This document shows, one piece after another, positions 31,576-41,535 of a DNA stretch of 64,000 nucleotides (within the stretch, counting starts at the first letter, position 1; every line of letters starts with the position of its first letter). The DNA is taken from assembly GCA_035250975.1 (NCBI GenBank), contig DATFEP010000061.1, positions 32,001 through 96,000 on the forward strand, written 5' to 3'. The stretch is from Nitrososphaeraceae archaeon (GTDB taxonomy: Archaea; Thermoproteota; Nitrososphaeria; Nitrososphaerales; Nitrososphaeraceae). A model generated the notes under the pieces. That model had not been told where the DNA came from. It ran no database searches and saw nothing but the letters and a program-made list of their open reading frames with translations. A program made the position numbers and the translations under genes.

Positions 31576-32781
31576 TTGAACGAAATGATGACCGATAAAC
31601 AAATTATTTATTTGGATAATGCAGCTTCTACACCTGTTATCCAAGAAGTAATTGACGAAATGATTCCATATCTTGGTAATTTATTTGGAAATCCTTCTTC
31701 AATTCATCAATTTGGTAGGAAATCAAAACTGGCTATTCAGAGGTCTCGAAAAAAAGTTGCTGATTTAATAGGAGCAAAACCCAATGAGATCTTTTTTACT
31801 TCTGGTGGAACGGAATCTGACAATCTTGCGCTAAAGGGTTTGAGCAAATTTTACAGAGATAACGATAAAGATAAAAATCACATTATCACCAGCGTTATGG
31901 AACACGATGCAGTTTTAGAAACTTGTGGAGAGCTAGAAAGTGATGGTTTTGAAGTTACGTATATAGAAGTTGGTAGAGAAGGTGTAGTCAATCCCGAAAC
32001 TATTAAAAAATTCCTAAGTAAAAGAACAATTTTAGTGAGCATAATGTTGGTGAATAATGAAGTTGGAACTATCCAACCAGTTAAAAAATTAGCTGAATTA
32101 ACTCATGAATATAACAAAAACATTATTTTTCATACTGACGCGGTCCAGGGTGTAGGTAAAATTCCAATAGATATTAACAATCTAAATGTTGATTCTTTGT
32201 CAATATCTTCACACAAGATAAATGGACCGAAAGGAGTAGGTGCACTATATGTCAGAAATGAGATAGGTTTTAAACCTTTGATACACGGAGGTGGACAAGA
32301 ATATGGATTACGATCTGGAACCGAAAACGTACATGGAATAATAGGGTTTGGAAAAGCCTGTGAAATTAGTTTAAAAAATTTAAAAAAAAATTATGATTTT
32401 CTAACAAATTTGAGAAACTATCTGATTGAGAAGATCCTCAGTGAGGTGTCAGGTTCCCATTTAAATGGATCCGTTGACAAGAGAATCCCGACCAATACGA
32501 ATTTTACATTTTTTGGCATAAACGGAGAAGATCTAATAATAAAGTTAGATGAATATGGAATTTTAGCTTCAACTGGTTCTGCATGTTCTATGAATAAAAA
32601 GAAAGCATCTCATGTCCTGAAAGCAATGGGGCTAGATCATGAGGAGATTTCAGGGTCTGTTAGATTTTCAATTGGGATACAGAATACGAAAGAAGAGTTA
32701 GATAAAACGATCGAGATTCTAGTAAAGAGAGTACAAGAATTGAGAGAGATATCTCCATTTAAATCAAAATATTCTTTATAG
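31576..32781 (+). CDS. iscS: Cysteine desulfurase (IscS/NifS group I)
   Basis: YLDNAAST, FTSGGTES, HKINGPKG, RSGTEN, STGSAC. Confidence 0.93.
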   Translation: MNEMMTDKQIIYLDNAASTPVIQEVIDEMIPYLGNLFGNPSSIHQFGRKSKLAIQRSRKKVADLIGAKPNEIFFTSGGTESDNLALKGLSKFYRDNDKDKNHIITSVMEHDAVLETCGELESDGFEVTYIEVGREGVVNPETIKKFLSKRTILVSIMLVNNEVGTIQPVKKLAELTHEYNKNIIFHTDAVQGVGKIPIDINNLNVDSLSISSHKINGPKGVGALYVRNEIGFKPLIHGGGQEYGLRSGTENVHGIIGFGKACEISLKNLKKNYDFLTNLRNYLIEKILSEVSGSHLNGSVDKRIPTNTNFTFFGINGEDLIIKLDEYGILASTGSACSMNKKKASHVLKAMGLDHEEISGSVRFSIGIQNTKEELDKTIEILVKRVQELREISPFKSKYSL

Positions 32782-32822
32782 AAAAAATTTATTATTGGGA
32801 TTGTTAAAATATTTATAGCAAT

Positions 32823-33296
32823 ATGGAACATCAGATAAGTTTGAAATTAGGGGATATTGCTCCAGATTTTGAGATACCAGATATAAATTTGAAAAATATG
32901 AGATTGAGTGATATTAAAGACAAGAAAGTAATACTTGCGTTCTTTCCAGCAGCAGAATCCCCAGTATGTACTGCAGAGATGTGTAATTTCAGAGACACTC
33001 TGAGTGAATTCAATAATAAAAATGTTCAAGTGATTGGAATTTCTGTAGACGGACCATTTGCAAATAAATCCTTTACTGAAAATCGTCATTTGAATTTTCC
33101 TGTATTAAGTGACTATAAAAGAGAAGTAATAAAGAATTATGGCGTAGTTATGAAGGATTTGGCTGTATTAAAAGACTACAATGCTGCAAAAAGGGCAATC
33201 TTTATTTTAGATGAAGATAAAAAAATATCATATAAATGGATTTCTGATAATCCTTTGATAGAACCAAACTATGATGAGATTATGCAAAATCTATAA
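32823..33296 (+). CDS. Peroxiredoxin (BCP/AhpE-like)
   Basis: FFPAAESPVCTAEMC, GISVD, LSD. Confidence 0.88.
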   Translation: MEHQISLKLGDIAPDFEIPDINLKNMRLSDIKDKKVILAFFPAAESPVCTAEMCNFRDTLSEFNNKNVQVIGISVDGPFANKSFTENRHLNFPVLSDYKREVIKNYGVVMKDLAVLKDYNAAKRAIFILDEDKKISYKWISDNPLIEPNYDEIMQNL

Positions 33297-33688
33297 AAAT
33301 TTTTATATTATTTTTGCTAGTTCTTTGAGATTCGATAACTATTTTGTTTAGATAATACCAACATTACTAAAATTTCATTGAGATTACAAAAATTTTGTAT
33401 TATGCTGAGTTTTGAATGATGTTGTAAATATATATCATGAGAAAACCAAATAAAGTATAACCACACGATTTTTGGACGCATGTTATATACTTGTTAACGC
33501 ACTTTTAATATCGAAAAGTGATAATTTTCAACTACATGAATTTTTTCTTTTATAATTGTAATCGATCAAATGCAAATAATATGTTATTTCTTTCTCCAAA
33601 TATTATATTTTTATTGATTGTTTTGAATTAGTCATAATCATAAATAATGGCTTTAAAAATAATATGATAATAATATCATATTTGTCTA

Positions 33689-34204
33689 TTATTCTATTAT
33701 TGCAACAACTTCATACCTTGATACTGTTGATCCTTCACTAACTTTGATTTCCTTTAAAACACCGTCTTTATGGGCTTTTATAGCAACTTGCATTTTCATT
33801 GATTCTAGAATCACTATTGGATCTCCCTCCTTTATTGGTTCTCCCTTGGTACCGGAAATTTTGACCACACGACCAGGAATTTGACTTTTAACAATATTTG
33901 CTTGACTTATGGAACCTTTTGATTTAAGAGACTTTTCAATAATTTCTGTTAATAATTTTGAATGTTTCTTGATTTCTATGTTGACCCCATCCACATAAAC
34001 CTTATATTTTGGTCCATCAGAATGTAAAATTTTTACATCATGAAAGGTATTGCCTAAAATAAATTCAAAATCAGATGTACTTGATTTCAAGAGTTTTAGT
34101 TCATAATCTTTATCATTTATTCTAAATACCATCTCTCCAGAACCTTTATTACGTATTACTTCTGCCTTAATAAGACCAGACTCACCCTCAAGTTGGAATT
34201 CCAC
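33689..34204 (-). CDS. accB: Acetyl/propionyl-CoA carboxylase biotin carboxyl carrier subunit
   Basis: ESMKM biotinylation motif. Confidence 0.92.
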   Translation of the reverse strand: MEFQLEGESGLIKAEVIRNKGSGEMVFRINDKDYELKLLKSSTSDFEFILGNTFHDVKILHSDGPKYKVYVDGVNIEIKKHSKLLTEIIEKSLKSKGSISQANIVKSQIPGRVVKISGTKGEPIKEGDPIVILESMKMQVAIKAHKDGVLKEIKVSEGSTVSRYEVVAIIE

Positions 34205-35703
34205 TAGACATTACCTCTACTAGAATTATGTATGATTTTGTCTTGATTTTGATCTGAATAATACTTTTTAACGTATTCTGATTGTAGTAATAAAGCTGAA
34301 ACAGCCGCGTGCGATTTACTTTCGTATTCTCGACTCCTTCTCTGTAGCAATTTTTGCATTATGTCATATTTTTCAATATAATTTGTGGACATATTTCCAT
34401 CAATGAAATTTTGTTCTTCAATAATTGTCTTATGTATTGGAATAGTGGTATTAATTCCTTCAATATTAAATTCTGATAATGCATTTCTCATACAAAGTCG
34501 GGCTTCTTCAAAATCACTTCCGTATGTTATCAATTTCGCTACTAGCGAATCATAATATCCAGACACGTTACATCCTGGGTATAGATAAGTATCAACTCGT
34601 ACTCCTGGACCATTTGGAATATTACAAGTTGGCACATATCCTACGGAGGGGCTAAAATCATCAAATGGGTCTTCTGAATTTATACGGCATTCTATGGCAC
34701 ATCCTCTTAGTTCAAGATCTTCCTGCTTGAATTCTATATCTTCTCCTTCAGCAACTTGAATTTGTAATTTGACAAGATCTTTGCCTGTTACTAGTTCCGT
34801 TACAGGATGTTCTACCTGCAACCTAGCATTAATTTCAATAAAATAGAAATTTCCTGATAAATCGGATAAGAATTCTGCTGTCCCTGCATTTAAATAATCC
34901 AATGCGGATGCTGCACGTACTGCAATCTCTCCAACTTTAGCACGGGTGTGTTTATCTACAACAGGAGATGGAGACATTTCTATTAATTTTTGGTGACGGC
35001 GTTGTATAGAACACTCTCTTTCAAACAAATGTCGACCGTTTCCACTAGAATCTCTTATTAGCTGATATTCGATGTGTCGAATATTCTCAAGGTATTTCTC
35101 AACAAACAAAGCAGATTTCCCAAAAGCAGATTTAGATTCATTTGATGCCAATTCAAATTCTTGTCTTAACTCTTTTTCATTTGTAACTAATCGAATACCT
35201 CTCCCTCCGCCTCCAAAAGCAGATTTTAACATTACAGGATAACCAGCGTCTTTTGCAATTTCTGCAGCTTTATCAACATCCTCTACTACTCCTTCACTTC
35301 CAGGGATCGTAGGTACTTCAGCTTTCTTCATTAGTTCTTTACATTTCATTTTATCCCCAGCCAATTGCATCGCTTTTGCAGTAGGTCCAATGAAAATGAT
35401 TCCATGTTTTTTACATTCTTCTGAAAAACCATCGTTTTCAGAAAGAAAGCCGTATCCAGGGTGAATAGCGTCAGCACCAGCAGCATTTGCAATTTCTATT
35501 ATTTTATCAATACGTAGATAACTTTCTGAAGCGGGGGCTGGACCCAAGCGATATGATTCATCTGCCCTCTTAACATGAATTGAACGATTATCTTCATCAG
35601 AATAAACAGAAATCGATTTTATTCCCAATTGTTTACACGCTCTGATCACTCTTAGAGCAATCTCCCCCCTGTTTGCGATTAGAATAGAAGATATCTTCGA
35701 CAT
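34204..35703 (-). CDS. accC: Acetyl/propionyl-CoA carboxylase biotin carboxylase subunit
   Basis: ANRGEIA, HPGYGFLSEN, GGGGRG, RECSIQRRHQK, RLQVEHPVTE; ATG 35703 likely. Confidence 0.95.
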   Translation of the reverse strand: MSKISSILIANRGEIALRVIRACKQLGIKSISVYSDEDNRSIHVKRADESYRLGPAPASESYLRIDKIIEIANAAGADAIHPGYGFLSENDGFSEECKKHGIIFIGPTAKAMQLAGDKMKCKELMKKAEVPTIPGSEGVVEDVDKAAEIAKDAGYPVMLKSAFGGGGRGIRLVTNEKELRQEFELASNESKSAFGKSALFVEKYLENIRHIEYQLIRDSSGNGRHLFERECSIQRRHQKLIEMSPSPVVDKHTRAKVGEIAVRAASALDYLNAGTAEFLSDLSGNFYFIEINARLQVEHPVTELVTGKDLVKLQIQVAEGEDIEFKQEDLELRGCAIECRINSEDPFDDFSPSVGYVPTCNIPNGPGVRVDTYLYPGCNVSGYYDSLVAKLITYGSDFEEARLCMRNALSEFNIEGINTTIPIHKTIIEEQNFIDGNMSTNYIEKYDIMQKLLQRRSREYESKSHAAVSALLLQSEYVKKYYSDQNQDKIIHNSSRGNV

Positions 35704-35714
35704 AATCCAATCTC

Positions 35715-37256
35715 CTACAAATTTATGTTCCCATGTTTTTTCCATGGCCCGATTTCTTTTTTACCTGAAAGGCATTCGAGTGCCTGTATAATCATGGGCC
35801 TTGTTTCCATTGGATCAATAACAAGATCTATTATACCCTTTTCAGCGGCTATATATGGATTGGCAAATTTTTTTCTATATTCATCGGCTAATCTCTTTTT
35901 TGTTATTTTGAGATCTTTTGAGCTCTTCAAATCTCTCCGGTGAATGATTGTTATTGCCGCTTCCGGTCCCAATACCGCTATCTCTGCTGTTGGCCAAGCA
36001 TAATTGATGTCTGCCTTCAAATTTTTACTTCCCATGGCAATGTAGGCACCGCCATAAGCTTTACCTATAATACAAGTAATTTTTGGAATTGTTGCTTCAC
36101 AATAGGCATATAATAATTTGCTTCCATGTCGTATTATGCCATTATGTTCTTGATCAGCACCTGGCAAATATCCTGGAGTATCTACAAGAGTAACAATTGG
36201 AATATTAAAAGAGTCGCAAAATCGAATAAATCTAGCAGATTTATTTGATGAATCAATGTCCATGGCCCCTGCTAGAATCATTGGTTGATTTGCTATTATA
36301 CCTATAGATCTTCCACCCAACCTAGCAAAACCCACAACTATGTTACTGGCAAATGTTTCGTGTATTTCAAAGAAATCATGATTATCAACGATGTTAAGAA
36401 TGATTTCCTTAATATCATAAGGATGATATGGATTCTCCGGGAGAATGTTAATAAGGTTTGAATCAAGTCTATTAGGATCATCGTTTGATTCTAATGTTGG
36501 TGGATCCTGACGATTATTTTGGGGAAGATAGGTCAATAATTTTTTGATTTTTTCCATACAATCATATTCGTTACTTGCAACAAGATGGGCAACCCCAGAT
36601 TTCGTAGAATGAGTTATTGCTCCTCCAAGTTCCTCGAATGAGACATCTTGACTCAATACCTCTTTTACCACCTCAGGACCGGTTACAAACATTTGGCCAA
36701 CATTTTCTACCATAATTACAAAGTCGGTCATTGCTGGCGAATATACTGCACCACCAGCACATGGTCCTATACTTGCAGTTATTTGAGGAATAATACCAGA
36801 AGCAGTAGTATTTCTATAAAATATATCACCATAGCCATCCAGACTCATAACCCCCTCTTGAATTCTCGCACCACCAGAATCCAATATACCTATTAAGGGG
36901 GCACCTACCTTAATTGCCTTATCCATTATTTTGACAATCTTTTTGGATGCCATTTCGCCGAGTGATCCACCTAAAATCGTAAAGTCATATGCATACACAA
37001 AGATCTTTCTTCCATTAATTTTGCCGAATCCAGTAATTACTCCATCTCCAAAGAATTTTTTTGTTTCCGATTCATCGTTTCTATGAGTTACATATTTATC
37101 TAGTTCAACAAAACTTCCCTCGTCAAGCAGAAGATCTATTCTTTCCCTAGCTGTTAACTTGCCTTTTGAATGTTGTACGTCAACTTTTTCTTGGCCTCCT
37201 CCAGCCTCTGCTAGTTTTTTCATTTCATACAACTTCTCAGATTTATCTTCGTGCAT
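35715..37256 (-). CDS. pccB: Acetyl/propionyl-CoA carboxylase carboxyltransferase subunit (3HP/4HB cycle)
   Basis: GGARIQEG, GPCAGGAVYSP, AYGGAY, WKKHGNINL. Confidence 0.95.
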   Translation of the reverse strand: MHEDKSEKLYEMKKLAEAGGGQEKVDVQHSKGKLTARERIDLLLDEGSFVELDKYVTHRNDESETKKFFGDGVITGFGKINGRKIFVYAYDFTILGGSLGEMASKKIVKIMDKAIKVGAPLIGILDSGGARIQEGVMSLDGYGDIFYRNTTASGIIPQITASIGPCAGGAVYSPAMTDFVIMVENVGQMFVTGPEVVKEVLSQDVSFEELGGAITHSTKSGVAHLVASNEYDCMEKIKKLLTYLPQNNRQDPPTLESNDDPNRLDSNLINILPENPYHPYDIKEIILNIVDNHDFFEIHETFASNIVVGFARLGGRSIGIIANQPMILAGAMDIDSSNKSARFIRFCDSFNIPIVTLVDTPGYLPGADQEHNGIIRHGSKLLYAYCEATIPKITCIIGKAYGGAYIAMGSKNLKADINYAWPTAEIAVLGPEAAITIIHRRDLKSSKDLKITKKRLADEYRKKFANPYIAAEKGIIDLVIDPMETRPMIIQALECLSGKKEIGPWKKHGNINL

Positions 37257-37386
37257 TCGTTTATCATTATGGCACAGACCATATATATATAATTATAACA
37301 AGAATTTCAAAAGTACAAATTTACATAATAAAAAATTAAATATAAAATGAGCTAATATCTACAAAGTATCGTTTTAGATTAAAAAT

Positions 37387-37599
37387 TTATTCACGAAGAC
37401 CCGATCTTCCGCCCTTGGCACGTCTAAACACGTTCATTCCAAGATTGTAATTTTCAAACAATGATTCTAAAGTCTCGATTTCAGAAACTAATGATTGTAT
37501 TTCATATTTGTTTTGGTCTTCATTTTTCTTTAGGGTATCGAGGCGAGATCTTTTTTCCGAAAGCAATTTACCAACATTATGTTCATATTCACTTGACAT
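37387..37599 (-). CDS. Small coiled-coil hypothetical protein
   Basis: 70-aa ORF co-oriented with upstream genes; heptad pattern; ends NYNLGMNVFRRAKGGRSGLRE. Confidence 0.7.
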   Translation of the reverse strand: MSSEYEHNVGKLLSEKRSRLDTLKKNEDQNKYEIQSLVSEIETLESLFENYNLGMNVFRRAKGGRSGLRE

Positions 37600-37619
37600 T
37601 CATATACTAATAATAAAAC

Positions 37620-37994
37620 TCACGATTTTAATTTTACGATCCTATCCATTTTTTCAAGAAGTAGATATTGATATCTACCATAGCAACCAGGATCATTAAC
37701 ACAATCATTACAGATAAAAAAAAATTTTGGGTCAGTCTCTTCGCCCATGGTGTGATTATCATCTATGAATAAAGAACTTGACGTTTTACAAAATAAACAT
37801 TCAGCTTGGGGAGATGACTTTTTTACTTCATGCTCTTCTAATGGAAGATTATTCTGGGCGTAACAATCGAGATGTTTAATAGATTTCGAGATCTTGGACC
37901 AAAAAGCATACTCGCCAGATTTAATTAATTTCCCACATACAGAACACTTACCATTGAATTTGACTAACAATTTAATCCAGTCAGATTGACTCAA
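37620..37994 (-). CDS. Zn-finger hypothetical protein
   Basis: CSVC...HLDC and CLFC...CNDC; start overlaps the rfcL stop. Confidence 0.7.
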   Translation of the reverse strand: MSQSDWIKLLVKFNGKCSVCGKLIKSGEYAFWSKISKSIKHLDCYAQNNLPLEEHEVKKSSPQAECLFCKTSSSLFIDDNHTMGEETDPKFFFICNDCVNDPGCYGRYQYLLLEKMDRIVKLKS

Positions 37995-39229
37995 CTTTTT
38001 TTCATCCTCTCTATTTCCTTTGAAAAAATTTCGAGATATTTAGAATCTAAAGAATGAGTAAAAATAAACTCGTTGATATCAATTTTATTATTGGACATAA
38101 TTTTCAATAAAAAGGGAAAATATAGGGTTCCAAATGTACTTGATGACACGTGGAAATACTTGGAAAGAATAAGAATAATATTTCGTATCGATTGTCCTCT
38201 AGAAAAAATCGTTCCTATCTGATACCAATTCAAACCATATTGATTGTATGCAATGCCTTTGTTTTGGCATTCTTCAGAGAAGTGTTTTGTTATCAAGCTA
38301 TTCATATATCTTAACAAATTCCATAATCTTTTTTCATGGATACGAGAAACAAAAATATCAATACTAGATAAGCTATCCAGCAAAGTTGATAGATCTCCTA
38401 TGTTCAATTTGGAGGAAACAAAACTTGTAAATAGAGAGTTAATTATGTCTTTTCTCCGCTCTTCACTGGATAACCCATACCTAGGATCATAAAAATTCCC
38501 ATCGAGATTATACAGTATCTTGATAAATTCATTTTTATTCTCACAAGAGAACAACCCATTGATACCGGCCGATATCTCTATTTGAAATCCCGTGTTTGAT
38601 AATTGATTATCATAACCAGAACATCTAGACTGTAAAACATTTATCATTGTTCTAACATCACCCTTACTCAGCTTCACAATGGTTAACTTTTCCCCTAAAG
38701 AAATACGCTGATGATGATAACCTAGTATATAATTTAAAAACATCAACAGCAAATAAGGAGAGATCAATTGAAATTTTATTATTTTACATAATTTAGACAA
38801 ATTTTTCATTTTTTGATTTGTAGAATTAGCGGCTAGTATTATAGGAAAGTGTGAGGATGATTTAATAACTTCTATAATAAAATCTAATCCTCCCGTGTCT
38901 TCTCTTCCAGAAATACCATCAACTTCATCTAAGAATAACAATATTTTTTTCCCAAGTAAACTATAATTATTAAGGAGAGGGTTTACCATTTTTTCTAATT
39001 GGATTTTGTTCCTTGTATCGCTAGCATTAAGTTCAACTAGATCATAATTCAACAAAGCAGATAATATTTTTACCAGAGTAGTCTTCCCTACGCCAGGTGG
39101 ACCTAAAAGTAATAATGGTTTTGTTCCAGGAAACCATTTTAAGAGCCACTTTAGAACAGACAACCTAACCTCCTCGTTTCCAATCATCTGCTCGAATTTA
39201 TTAGGTCGATGAATTTCTGTCCAATACAT
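37991..39229 (-). CDS. rfcL: Replication factor C large subunit
   Basis: WTEIHRP, GPPGVGKTT, ELNASD, DEVDG, GDVR. Confidence 0.88.
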   Translation of the reverse strand: MYWTEIHRPNKFEQMIGNEEVRLSVLKWLLKWFPGTKPLLLLGPPGVGKTTLVKILSALLNYDLVELNASDTRNKIQLEKMVNPLLNNYSLLGKKILLFLDEVDGISGREDTGGLDFIIEVIKSSSHFPIILAANSTNQKMKNLSKLCKIIKFQLISPYLLLMFLNYILGYHHQRISLGEKLTIVKLSKGDVRTMINVLQSRCSGYDNQLSNTGFQIEISAGINGLFSCENKNEFIKILYNLDGNFYDPRYGLSSEERRKDIINSLFTSFVSSKLNIGDLSTLLDSLSSIDIFVSRIHEKRLWNLLRYMNSLITKHFSEECQNKGIAYNQYGLNWYQIGTIFSRGQSIRNIILILSKYFHVSSSTFGTLYFPFLLKIMSNNKIDINEFIFTHSLDSKYLEIFSKEIERMKKS

Positions 39230-39239
39230 GGAATATCGA

Positions 39240-40376
39240 CTATGATAATTTTCTGGTTAATGGATTGATCGTCCTTTCGAAATATTTGAACAGATCTCTT
39301 TTAATTATATCATTATACCAAAACTGATTATAATGATTAACAGTAAGAAAGAGAAATTCTAAAAATGGTTTTAATTCAAATTCATTGGGAAGGAATTCTA
39401 ATGCTAATTTGGCTTCATCAAGGTATATTTCGCTTTTCTTTAGTGTTAGTTCAAAACCTTTCTTCACATTATTTGCAATCAGGGAATAATATAACGGCCA
39501 TGAAGGGATCTTAATGGCACCTTCGTTAATAGAATCTTGCATTTCATTACCACATCCTACTGCTTCACTGGCCTTTGCCATCCCAATATGATATATTTCA
39601 TTCAATGGTGTTTGATTTAATGCCATATTTCGGCCAGCTGTACCCATAATGGAGCGATATTTTTTATAACATCCAATCATATGTTCATCTGTGATAGATT
39701 CTGGCTTGATCTTTAATTTATGGTCTATAAATTGACCTATACGCGCATCTTTAAAACCATCTTCGAAAGCTTTGAGAACATGATCACCACCTTGAGTGAT
39801 TTTTTCTCTAGCAATATCCAAAATATACGGATTCATTAGTCGATAATCATCAAGATATTCTAAATCTTCGTCTTTATCGAGAATTCTGTCCATAGGTTCA
39901 CTAAGGTCGATGGCTATTATATGACCATCAATTACAGATGTCCTCAGTTCATTAGATAAATCCTCTTTAAAATAAGATACAGAGCCATCAAATAAAGCAT
40001 TTAAAACTGGAAATGTCATTTTCACAAAATTAGAATTTAAAAGTCGCTGTACCCGATCTGCTAAAATTTCTGGCCTGGATAATCTTGTTTTCACATTCTC
40101 GATCATAGATGAATCTAATCCCAACTCTTGTGAACCGACTTCTTCCACAAATTGAGAGACCGTGTTACTAGGAGTGGAATCTGAAATTATCTTTCGATGT
40201 AAAGAGAGAAGAAAGCGTTTGGTAAAATCTTCAAATTCTATTTCATATTTTAATTTATATTTGTTATATTGTTTGTATCCACGTTCCCTCAGCAATACTT
40301 GTTTAAGAATATCCTTACCTGCCTTAGTGCTCATTAGGGCACTTTTTGAGAATACAAAATCATCCTTGCTACTCAT
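39240..40376 (-). CDS. Hypothetical protein, probable divergent isoprenyl-diphosphate synthase (class I terpenoid synthase) fold
   Basis: Motif order KMTFP / EPMDRILDKDE / IGQFID / YKKY / GNEMQDS / KIPSWPLYYSL parallels IDS motifs; the ORF is solid, the fold is inferred. Confidence 0.55.
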   Translation of the reverse strand: MSSKDDFVFSKSALMSTKAGKDILKQVLLRERGYKQYNKYKLKYEIEFEDFTKRFLLSLHRKIISDSTPSNTVSQFVEEVGSQELGLDSSMIENVKTRLSRPEILADRVQRLLNSNFVKMTFPVLNALFDGSVSYFKEDLSNELRTSVIDGHIIAIDLSEPMDRILDKDEDLEYLDDYRLMNPYILDIAREKITQGGDHVLKAFEDGFKDARIGQFIDHKLKIKPESITDEHMIGCYKKYRSIMGTAGRNMALNQTPLNEIYHIGMAKASEAVGCGNEMQDSINEGAIKIPSWPLYYSLIANNVKKGFELTLKKSEIYLDEAKLALEFLPNEFELKPFLEFLFLTVNHYNQFWYNDIIKRDLFKYFERTINPLTRKLS

Positions 40377-40485
40377 GTATGGTTATTTCAATAGTAATTA
40401 TCAGTATTTATTAACTTTCACATAATAATTAAAAAAATTTAATTGTAATTATATTAGAAATTAACAAAATAATGATTTTAAATTT

Positions 40486-41094
40486 CTATCTTGAAGACAT
40501 AGCAATTCTTTCTTGTTCATTCTTTTTCTTTATTGCATGACTAGTCATGTCGTTGTTTGAGGCTAAAATAATTTCCTTCGCAAGTGCTTCCTCAATCATT
40601 TGAGGATTTGAATAAGTTGATTCTCTAACTCCTTCTGCAATAAACCTCAGTGCTAAATCAAGTCTTCTGAGGGGAGACACATCTACTGAAACATGATAAA
40701 CTACACCACCATAAACAATTCTAGTTGTATCTTCATTAGGTGATGAATTTTCCACTGCGCGTATAAGCAATTCTACAGGATTCTTCCCAGTTTCGAGAAA
40801 TATTATATCGAATGCAGTTTTTACTACATTAAGTGATTTTACTTTCTTTCCACCCATCCTTCCTGTATTTTTTGCATATTTTTTACCAAAATGCATCAAT
40901 TTATTAGCCAATCTCTCGATAACATGTACTTCAGCCTTCTTCAATCTTTGATGCTCGTGTCTACCAAATGACACAGGAACAACCATGGATGGATTAAGAG
41001 AAATCACCCTTTTTAGACCAAGATCATTTACTTCTATATCAGACACATCCCATTTATTAAATAACATTATTTTTGAATATTCTTTTCCACTCAT
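40486..41094 (-). CDS. rps7: 30S ribosomal protein uS7
   Basis: IERLANKLM, ENSSPNEDTTRI.YGG, VDVSPLRR. Confidence 0.96.
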   Translation of the reverse strand: MSGKEYSKIMLFNKWDVSDIEVNDLGLKRVISLNPSMVVPVSFGRHEHQRLKKAEVHVIERLANKLMHFGKKYAKNTGRMGGKKVKSLNVVKTAFDIIFLETGKNPVELLIRAVENSSPNEDTTRIVYGGVVYHVSVDVSPLRRLDLALRFIAEGVRESTYSNPQMIEEALAKEIILASNNDMTSHAIKKKNEQERIAMSSR

Positions 41095-41096
41095 CT

Positions 41097-41534
41097 TTAT
41101 CGCCTTGGTTTTTCTTTCCTTCCATAAACTAATTCTTTTAATGACACGCCGTTAACTTTGAAAACCTGCCACCTTACACCGGGAATATCACCCATTGCTC
41201 CCCCCATAGAGCCACCAATTCCCTCAACCTCTACTTCATCATGCTCATCAACAAAATTTAAAGCTCCGTCCCGTGGAAGAAAAGCAGTTATTGATTTTCC
41301 ATTTTTTATCAATTGTATACGCACGCATTTTCTCACCGCAGAGTTAGGTTGTTTTGATTCAATCCCAACTTTTTCCAATACTATTCCTCTCGCTTGAGGT
41401 GCCCCTTCCATTGGATTAGTTTTTTTATCCAGCATAAGTACCCTTCTTTTATAATATTTATTAGCCCATCTGGAACGTTTTCTTTTTGATTTTAAAACAC
41501 GTCCAGCAAACAAGCCTAAAGGAGATTTTGCCAT
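41097..41534 (-). CDS. rps12: 30S ribosomal protein uS12
   Basis: [17 protein letters not shown]. Confidence 0.97.
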   Translation of the reverse strand: MAKSPLGLFAGRVLKSKRKRSRWANKYYKRRVLMLDKKTNPMEGAPQARGIVLEKVGIESKQPNSAVRKCVRIQLIKNGKSITAFLPRDGALNFVDEHDEVEVEGIGGSMGGAMGDIPGVRWQVFKVNGVSLKELVYGRKEKPRR

Positions 41535-41535
41535 T

